Shown: in pieces, positions 58,002 to 64,000 of the stretch
How positions within the stretch are numbered: position 1 is the stretch's first letter
Layout of the letters: each line of letters starts with the position of its first letter
Assembly: GCA_964428655.1 (NCBI GenBank)
Contig: CAYRYE010000002.1
Span: forward strand, 2,251-66,250
Length of the DNA stretch: 64,000 nt
Direction: 5' to 3'
From: an uncultured Gammaproteobacteria bacterium
GTDB lineage: Bacteria > Patescibacteriota > Microgenomatia > UBA12405 > JAHJSD01
Program-made: the position numbers and the translations under genes
Notes under the pieces: generated by a model
What the model was told of the DNA's origin: nothing
Database searches by the model: none
The model's input: the letters and a program-made list of their open reading frames with translations, nothing else

Positions 58002-59585
58002 TTAACTTCCAAATATTTCCTTGGCAATCTCATACAAATCACCATTCTTGTTCTGCTGGCTGTTTTCACTCTCTGTTTGGTTATCAATTTTAATCTCTTC
58101 CGGCTTATTTTCACTTCTCACAACCTTGTTTTCTCCCAAAACACACCTCATTTTAAGCCCTGGACAATAGATCTCCCCTAAACATTTCTCAACTATTTCT
58201 CTGTTTCTATTCTCTTCCAGTTTATCTTTGTGAAATTGATAAAAGACTTCCAGGGTGACCGTTTCTCCATCAAAAGCTTTTGGCCGAGTAGCTCTTAAAA
58301 AAGCAGCGACAGAGTGATTCATCGGTTTGATTGCCTCCAAAACTTCTCTCCACCGCTTTTCAATTTCCCCCAGTTCCTTCAGTTTTTTTTCTGTTCCAGT
58401 GCCAAGGGACTCTTCCGAGTCGGAAGAGGACGTTCCTGGATTGTCTAAAGATTCGTCAGGACTTTTCCGATCCCGGGCCTGCCCGCCATCGCTGTGCTCA
58501 GGCACTTGCAAGCGGGTCGTCTGCGTCCTTGTGCCGGATTTGACAAAATCTATCATTGCCAACTGGAATGGCAATTGAGGTAAAACTGTTGTTTTTTGCT
58601 CTACTAAAGCTCGGGAAAACAATCTAGAAAGTTTTACCAGCTCCCCTATCTCGAAAAGTTTAATCAGTTCAGTCAACTCAACGCTCCCTTTATCAACTTT
58701 CACCTTCAGCAAAATCAACTTCTGAATCAAATTGAGAAGAGCATTGAAATAATTACTGAAATCAGTTCCATCTTTAGCTAATGTCTCAGAAATTTCCAAA
58801 GCATCTTTCAATTTTTTTTCTCCCAACAGTCTCAAAATCTTTTCTGGTTTTTGACTCTGCCAATAACCAAGAGATATTTTGGCATCCTTCCATTTTATCT
58901 TTTTACCAAAAGATAAAACCAAACTTTCCAGTATTTTCTGGGCATCACGAAAACTACCATCAGCTAGCTGGACAATGGAATCAATTATTTTTTTATCAAT
59001 AGTCAACTTTTCTCCCTTAATTACCTTGTTTAAACAACAATTAACTTCACTCGGATTTCCTTTGTGGAAATTAATTCTTAATAACCTTGAGAGAACTGTG
59101 GGAATAATTTTTTCTGGATTGGTAGTACAGAGAACAAAAACAACATGGAGCGGCGGTTCTTCCAAGGTTTTCAATAAGGCATTAAACGCCTCTCTTGTCA
59201 ACATATGAACTTCATCAATGATGTATACTTTGTATTTTGTTTTAATTGGAGCCAAACCAACTCTTTCTTTAAGTTGACGGATGTCGTCAATACCTCTGTT
59301 GGAAGCGGCATCAATTTCCAAAATATCCAAACTGATTCCCTTGATAATCTCCTGGCAAATATCGCATCGGTTGCAAGACTCAACTCTAATACGTGAAACA
59401 CTATCGGGACAATTAATTACTTTAGCTAAAATCCGAGCCGCTGAAGTTTTCCCAACTCCTTTCGGACCTGCAAAAAGAAAAGCGTGAGGAATCTTTTTTT
59501 GTTTTAATATTTTTTTTAGCTGATTCCTAACACCCTGCAAATCCAATTCTTCAATGGTTTGAGGACGATACTTTAAAAAATACAT
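58002..59585 (-). CDS. dnaX: DNA polymerase III subunit gamma/tau
   Basis: 'KYRPQTIEEL'. Walker A 'GPKGVGKTSAARILAK'. Zn module 'CNRCDICQEI'. 'IIDEVHML'. 'LKTLEEPP'. Start taken at the internal Met aligning to the canonical N-terminus (the track ORF starts at 59615). Confidence 0.9.
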   Translation of the reverse strand: MYFLKYRPQTIEELDLQGVRNQLKKILKQKKIPHAFLFAGPKGVGKTSAARILAKVINCPDSVSRIRVESCNRCDICQEIIKGISLDILEIDAASNRGIDDIRQLKERVGLAPIKTKYKVYIIDEVHMLTREAFNALLKTLEEPPLHVVFVLCTTNPEKIIPTVLSRLLRINFHKGNPSEVNCCLNKVIKGEKLTIDKKIIDSIVQLADGSFRDAQKILESLVLSFGKKIKWKDAKISLGYWQSQKPEKILRLLGEKKLKDALEISETLAKDGTDFSNYFNALLNLIQKLILLKVKVDKGSVELTELIKLFEIGELVKLSRLFSRALVEQKTTVLPQLPFQLAMIDFVKSGTRTQTTRLQVPEHSDGGQARDRKSPDESLDNPGTSSSDSEESLGTGTEKKLKELGEIEKRWREVLEAIKPMNHSVAAFLRATRPKAFDGETVTLEVFYQFHKDKLEENRNREIVEKCLGEIYCPGLKMRCVLGENKVVRSENKPEEIKIDNQTESENSQQNKNGDLYEIAKEIFGS

Positions 59586-59660
59586 TAGAATAAAATTCAA
59601 AACATAAACGACCAAAATACAAAAAAAGTTTAAATATTTGAATTTTGGATTTAGATATTG

Positions 59661-59693
59661 TTTAGGATTTAGAAATTAGGATTTAGGATTTAA
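59661..59693. repeat. degenerate heptamer tandem repeat (AGGATTT/AGAAATT)x4 between the ybeY-like stop and the dnaX start
   Basis: Direct reading. Third heptameric microsatellite family in this window. Confidence 0.6.
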
Positions 59694-60057
59694 CTATATT
59701 TCTAATTCCGTGTTCCAATAACTCCTCAATTATTTCGTTTACCATCCTTTTTCTCTTCATGGCTTGGTTACGAGCAAGCGGGAAACAAACTACCACATCA
59801 CCAAGATGTAAAAAACCATCTGGCTCCTTGTCATGCATGGGAAAAGCAAGAACTTCAGGAACATAGTTCACTTTTCGATAATCTATATTTAATTGCTCAG
59901 CCTTTCTTTTACCAACAAAGTTAAGGCTAAGTTTTACCTTATCTTTCAAACTAAATTTCCGAAGAATCTTTTGGGTCATTCGACGAATTTCACCAATATC
60001 CAATGGGTAACGCGGATCCTTCTTGATCAAAATCTTTACCTTGCTATTTCCTTTCAT
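59683..60057 (-). CDS. ybeY: YbeY-like protein lacking the conserved HxxxHxxxxxH metal triad
   Basis: 'LNIDYRKVNYVPEVLAFP' and 'LGDVVVCFPLA' align to YbeY. The C-terminus 'ELLEHGIRNIVKS*' retains 1 of 3 His. Sits in the typical ybeY / rpsU neighbourhood. Confidence 0.55.
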   Translation of the reverse strand: MKGNSKVKILIKKDPRYPLDIGEIRRMTQKILRKFSLKDKVKLSLNFVGKRKAEQLNIDYRKVNYVPEVLAFPMHDKEPDGFLHLGDVVVCFPLARNQAMKRKRMVNEIIEELLEHGIRNIVKS

Positions 60058-60064
60058 TTCTCAT

Positions 60065-60253
60065 TTAGCCACTGCTTTTCTTTCTTAATTTTTCCTTTGC
60101 CTTTTTCTCCTCGTATCTCTTTCTGGCCCCTTTAACATACTCTATTCGGCTTTTAATTTCGTCAATAATTTCCTCCTCAATAAAAAGCCGGCGAAACCGA
60201 CCAATCAAATCATCTTTAGTCTCCCCTTTTTGTTTTTTAACAACAATCGGCAT
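60065..60253 (-). CDS. rpsU: 30S ribosomal protein S21
   Basis: 'MPIVVKKQKGETKDDLIGRFRRL...RKRYEEKKAKEKLRKK'. Confidence 0.8.
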   Translation of the reverse strand: MPIVVKKQKGETKDDLIGRFRRLFIEEEIIDEIKSRIEYVKGARKRYEEKKAKEKLRKKSSG

Positions 60254-60339
60254 TTAAAAAAACACCTCCCTCCCATTAAAAACAGTTTAACAAAGAAATA
60301 ATAGAGAGACAATAATCAATTATTGAAGATTTGCCCTAG

Positions 60340-60954
60340 TCACTCATTGTCATTCAGACACTTGATCCAGTCTTTAGTATTGACAAGTCCATTACTATCA
60401 AGGTCATACTTGGCGTCTTTAGTTCCAAACTTCTCTTTGAATTCTGATATTGTACATTGAGTCACTTTTCCCCCCGCTGACGCCGTCGGCGCGGCAGCAA
60501 CCGAAGTTGGTGTGGCTACAACCACCGTCGGCGCAGCAACAACTGAAGTCGGAGTCACCACACCCGCTTCCCCAGTAGCACTCTTAGTTTTGAAAGAATA
60601 GGGAATACCATTGTTGTCATAAATTGTCTCCCCTACTCTAACCCGAAAATAATAAGTTGTACTTTCTTTCAAAGGAGAAAGAACAACTCGATGAACCGTG
60701 CTTGGCTGAGTTTCCAACGCCCGAAGCAAAAGACTAGCCGGAGTTGTTCCATATTCAACTACTCCTTGGGACTCTTTCTCCGTCTGCCAAGAAATACTTG
60801 CTGACTTAACATCAGGTTGAGCGCGCACACTTTTAGGCTCGGTACCGGCGGCCGCTCCGCTCAGATAAGTTTTAGCGGCCCGCAAACCAACTACTGCCAA
60901 AACGCCGCTTAAGAGTAAAATCACAATAATGATAACTGTTTTTATGTTTTTCAT
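60340..60954 (-). CDS. signal-anchored FN3-like protein with PT-linker and C-terminal single dockerin/EF-hand-like repeat
   Basis: FN3-like 'SASISWQTEKESQGVVEYGTT...TYYFRVRV'. Linker 'TPTSVVAAPTVVVATPTSVAAAPT'. 'DLDSNGLVNTKD'. Confidence 0.45.
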   Translation of the reverse strand: MKNIKTVIIIVILLLSGVLAVVGLRAAKTYLSGAAAGTEPKSVRAQPDVKSASISWQTEKESQGVVEYGTTPASLLLRALETQPSTVHRVVLSPLKESTTYYFRVRVGETIYDNNGIPYSFKTKSATGEAGVVTPTSVVAAPTVVVATPTSVAAAPTASAGGKVTQCTISEFKEKFGTKDAKYDLDSNGLVNTKDWIKCLNDNE

Positions 60955-60956
60955 TT

Positions 60957-61643
60957 TTACAAAGCCATCAAGGTGCCTAATAAAACCATTATCCCCCCAC
61001 CAAGCAATGAAATCAATAATGGAGTCTCAATTCCTGTTTCCGGTAGCTGACTGGGGGTTGCAGTGGGCTCTCCCGGAACACTCGTGGGAGCAGTTGTGGG
61101 AGCAGTTGTAGGAACAGTTGTAGGCTCACCAGCGCCGCTACCAATAGTATAAGTTCCAGAGCCATTAGCAGCACAATCAATCAAGTCATTGCCCTGAGCA
61201 TCCCAAATCGCCGAGTCACTATCATTACCAGACTGGCAAAGAAAAGAAACGGAAGCAGGTCCTTCGGCGATTGCCTTAAAAGTAATCGTAGCTAAAGTAC
61301 CAACTTCGCTTTTAGTTTGAAGCGCTTGAGTTGAAAAGGAGTAAATAGTCATTCGGCCGTTATCATTCTCAATATTATAATCAAAACCACTAAAGTATCC
61401 TCCATCAGCAACTTGTTTTACCTCCAGCCTGCTATTATCAAAATTAATCAATGCATCAGCAGCCATCGCTTCTTTGTTGCCAGGATCAATCTCTACCAGC
61501 ACATCAAACTCACTACTATTAGCGGGACTACTTGATGATGGATCAAGATAAAGTCTTGGGCCGGCCCCAGCTCGAATTGGACCGACAAATAAGGCCAAGA
61601 ACAAAAAAAGACCGCCTAAACAAACAATTCTTTTTTTAATCAT
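60957..61643 (-). CDS. cohesin-domain surface protein with C-terminal LPETG sortase-sorting signal
   Basis: Signal peptide. Cohesin-like 'FDVLVEIDPGNKEAMAADALINFDNSRLEV...GTLATITFKAIAEGPASVSF'. PT linker. 'LPETG' followed by a hydrophobic tail. Confidence 0.6.
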   Translation of the reverse strand: MIKKRIVCLGGLFLFLALFVGPIRAGAGPRLYLDPSSSSPANSSEFDVLVEIDPGNKEAMAADALINFDNSRLEVKQVADGGYFSGFDYNIENDNGRMTIYSFSTQALQTKSEVGTLATITFKAIAEGPASVSFLCQSGNDSDSAIWDAQGNDLIDCAANGSGTYTIGSGAGEPTTVPTTAPTTAPTSVPGEPTATPSQLPETGIETPLLISLLGGGIMVLLGTLMAL

Positions 61644-61649
61644 TATTAT

Positions 61650-62234
61650 TTACTCAACAGTGATAGTAAAATCCTCAGTCAAAAAGAGTACTTTTTCTGC
61701 TGTTGTATTTTCAGCTAAAACTGTTCCCGCTTCGCCCTCTCCGCCAATAATTTTCAAGCCAGTCCTGCCTGGCTGTTTGGCTGAGTATTGAATAGTAACT
61801 AAATTCACTTCATCCCCCGCCTCAAAACTAATTCCCTCGGGTAATTCAGTCTCGAGCAAAGAAACTAAAACCCGCTTTTTCTCTGGCTCAATCCAGTTTC
61901 TAGCCACATAAGAAAACCTATCAGAGGGGATAATTCCAAGAACTTCCAAATAGTCAGGGTCATACTCAATTAAAATATCAACCCCGTCTAGAGAAACATT
62001 CTTAAAAGGAGTCATAATTACACTTACCTCAGACTCTTCATTGATTTTTACGGCCTCTTCTCCCGAAAAGGTAATCAATGCCTCCTTTTCTTCCTCGAGG
62101 ATTGCCGGAACTGTTGTTTCAGTAGATAAATCTTCCGAAGTTCTCTTAGTTATTTTCTGAACAATTAAAACACTCTCCAAAATAACCAAAATTGCCAAAA
62201 CAGGAATTAACCACTTTACTTTTTTAAAATTCAT
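61650..62234 (-). CDS. cohesin-like domain protein, signal-anchored
   Basis: 'VSLDGVDILIEYDPDYLEVLGIIP...VNLVTIQYSAKQPG' cohesin-like beta sandwich. Confidence 0.5.
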   Translation of the reverse strand: MNFKKVKWLIPVLAILVILESVLIVQKITKRTSEDLSTETTVPAILEEEKEALITFSGEEAVKINEESEVSVIMTPFKNVSLDGVDILIEYDPDYLEVLGIIPSDRFSYVARNWIEPEKKRVLVSLLETELPEGISFEAGDEVNLVTIQYSAKQPGRTGLKIIGGEGEAGTVLAENTTAEKVLFLTEDFTITVE

Positions 62235-62303
62235 TTTACCTCCCTAATAACTTTCTATAATTGTAGAACTATTTAAACATATAATTATCAAGATATGCAA
62301 GCA

Positions 62304-63461
62304 TTAAATTTCCTCTTCATATTTGGTGCTGAGTGTAGCCAAGAGAAAGACAATATCTTGCGGATTAACTACACCGTTGAAATTAAGATCCTCTTTTAAC
62401 CCCTCACCCCTGGTTCCCAAAGCTTGTTTTAATTGAGAAAAGTCGGTGCTGTCTACTACCCCATCTTGGTTTATATCCCCTGGCTCTAGTTCTAAACCTG
62501 TCCAATCATAGTTATTTTCTCCCGGACCAAACTCTACACCCTCTTCACTTAACCAGCAACGTTCTTTTTGCTCATCATAGCAAAATTTCCTGGCCAGGTG
62601 CACTGGACCTTTAATTAAAACGGCATAATTCTTTCCAATAGGAACACCAATTAACTCAAGATTGCCAGTACCAACTGCATTTTCATCAAAGGTTACCAGC
62701 ACATCTTTGAACTCCTCCCTGAAATCTCCCTTCTTAACAACAATCACAACTTTTTGATCAGGAATATCGCTAACTGTTACCTGTTCCTCACCAACCCTAT
62801 AACTAGTTCCCACCAGTTTAATTTTGAAAGTTAACTCTGGCCAATCCCCTAGTCCTTCGGTTGGAGTAATTTCTCCAGTCGGAGTCACCTGTGTTGGTTC
62901 CTCTTCTACCACCTCCACAGAGGCTGGAGTAAAACTATCCAAACTCAAAGTTCTATCAATGTTACCTTCTTGACCCCTGGAACCAACAATTCTATACTCG
63001 CCCACTCGATCAACACTACTCGAGCCAATTTGGGCTGCTCCAAAAGTAATCACGGCAAAATCAAACACATCTTGATATAATTGCTCCCTGCTAATTGTAG
63101 AAACTGCAGAAATCCTTAACTCTCCAGTTTGGTTGGCCTGTTCAATTCTAGCCATTCCTTGAAAAAGAGCATCTAACTGAACATCAACCACAGTTAAAAT
63201 TGATTTGTCAAAAGACAAAACTAAATCAACCCCATTAACAAGATAAGCATTATCCCCCTGGCCTGGATTAATATTCACCCTTAAGTTGAAAGTATCACCA
63301 AGGCCTACTTCCCTCTCACTTGGTAAAACTCTGGCTGTGACTCCGCCATAAAAAGCTTTTCTTCTTGTTTCTTGGGATTGTCTAAGCAAAATTAATCCGG
63401 CAACCAAAGCTATTCCTAAAATGATCAAGAAAACAAATTGATTCTTTTTTACCTTTTTCAT
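62304..63461 (-). CDS. scaffoldin-like protein: N-terminal cohesin-like domain plus C-terminal type-I dockerin (two repeats)
   Basis: Cohesin-like 'NGVDLVLSFDKSILTVVDVQLD...GELRISAVS'. Dockerin repeats 'DINQDGVVDSTDFSQL' and 'DLNFNGVVNPQDIVFL'. Confidence 0.6.
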   Translation of the reverse strand: MKKVKKNQFVFLIILGIALVAGLILLRQSQETRRKAFYGGVTARVLPSEREVGLGDTFNLRVNINPGQGDNAYLVNGVDLVLSFDKSILTVVDVQLDALFQGMARIEQANQTGELRISAVSTISREQLYQDVFDFAVITFGAAQIGSSSVDRVGEYRIVGSRGQEGNIDRTLSLDSFTPASVEVVEEEPTQVTPTGEITPTEGLGDWPELTFKIKLVGTSYRVGEEQVTVSDIPDQKVVIVVKKGDFREEFKDVLVTFDENAVGTGNLELIGVPIGKNYAVLIKGPVHLARKFCYDEQKERCWLSEEGVEFGPGENNYDWTGLELEPGDINQDGVVDSTDFSQLKQALGTRGEGLKEDLNFNGVVNPQDIVFLLATLSTKYEEEI

Positions 63462-63497
63462 TCTTTATTTATATTAAGCAAAAAAATTAATTAAAAA

Positions 63498-64000
63498 TCA
63501 ACTTCCAATCCATTCATCATACCAGAAACCGAAATCTTCCAAGCCAACTGTCCCGTCACAACTAAAATCAGCATAAAGATTATCACTTTCCAATATAAAA
63601 TCATCATACCAACCGGCAAAATCTTCTATACCAATTACCCCATCACAATTATAATCAGGAGAAGCTTCAATTCTTCTTCCATCCGGACAAAGTTTGCAAC
63701 CCTCGGGCCCAGTTGGAACACTTGTCGCCGTTGGTTGGCCCGGCGCTGTTGTTGCTGTGGGGCCGCTGGGCGGCTGAGTCGGCTGGCTATCCGAAACACA
63801 AGCACTATAACCATCAGTCCAGTGAGTCCCGCTTGGCGGATAGAGCTGACAATTCAAAGCGCCGGCTGAACCCTCTCTTTTTCCACAACCGGAATTTCCT
63901 GGACAATAAGCAGTAACACATTGAACCGCACAGCCCGGCTTTGTCGCACTCCCGCAGTCGGCATCGCTCCCGCAAACTTGACCAGGCTGAGGTGTTACCG
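63498..64000 (-). CDS. dockerin-containing Cys-rich secreted protein (5'-partial; N-terminus lies beyond the window end)
   Basis: Dockerin repeats 'DYNCDGVIGIEDFAGW' and 'DFSCDGTVGLEDFGFW'. The frame stays open with no stop from 63857 to 64000 (Cys/Gly-rich). The track start is a TTG. Confidence 0.55.
   Translation of the reverse strand, partial: VTPQPGQVCGSDADCGSATKPGCAVQCVTAYCPGNSGCGKREGSAGALNCQLYPPSGTHWTDGYSACVSDSQPTQPPSGPTATTAPGQPTATSVPTGPEGCKLCPDGRRIEASPDYNCDGVIGIEDFAGWYDDFILESDNLYADFSCDGTVGLEDFGFWYDEWIGS

Overview
This window reads as a low-GC, gene-dense bacterial contig of Candidate Phyla Radiation / Patescibacteria type, using the standard genetic code. That call rests on small streamlined genes, archaeal-type core enzymes, Gram-positive-like surface anchoring and many ATGA start/stop overlaps.

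Main content, in order:
- (a) A 14-gene minus-strand type IV pilus locus (about 2277-11942) running pilB-pilT-pilC-pilin-pilD followed by nine further tandem pilin/pseudopilin paralogs. Many have Cys-rich C-termini, and several carry perfect heptanucleotide tandem repeats at the 5' end of the coding sequence (phase-variation candidates).
- (b) A replication/repair block: holB-like gene, Fic protein, archaeal-type ATP-dependent DNA ligase, a CaCA exchanger, an EndoQ-like PHP nuclease and tRNA-Ala.
- (c) A MacAB-like efflux trio.
- (d) tRNA-Tyr(GUA) with an unusual C1:G72 acceptor pair plus a bacterial-style long variable arm. About 9 kb away, under what looks like its own promoter, sits an archaeal-type TyrRS carrying an N-terminal YbaK/ProX-like deacylase domain. 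The tRNA feature and the archaeal-type enzyme are consistent with each other.
- (e) A decaying patch: an N-terminally truncated GT2 glycosyltransferase, a C-terminal fragment of an ABC ATPase, and GC-rich hairpins.
- (f) metG, a second Fic paralog, ferredoxin, an atypical DsbA-like protein, a SpoU methylase, gyrB-gyrA and a Xer-like recombinase with operator-like inverted repeats upstream.
- (g) yebC, rluA, a dksA-like gene, tRNA-Leu, a vapBC pair, dnaB, tRNA-His next to hisS, an RF1 lacking domain 1, rpmE, htrA, ctp, rpsF-ssb-rpsR, cysS, ybaB-dnaX, a His-triad-less YbeY homolog and rpsU.
- (h) At the 3' edge, a five-gene cohesin/dockerin cluster (one member with an LPETG sortase motif) running off the window.

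There are also GC-rich anomalies: 846-1140, overlapping a degenerate IS200/RAYT-like HuH transposase homolog; 29654-30028; and 44661-44696. No CRISPR array or rRNA is present. Everything here is read from the sequence by eye; no database search or folding was run.
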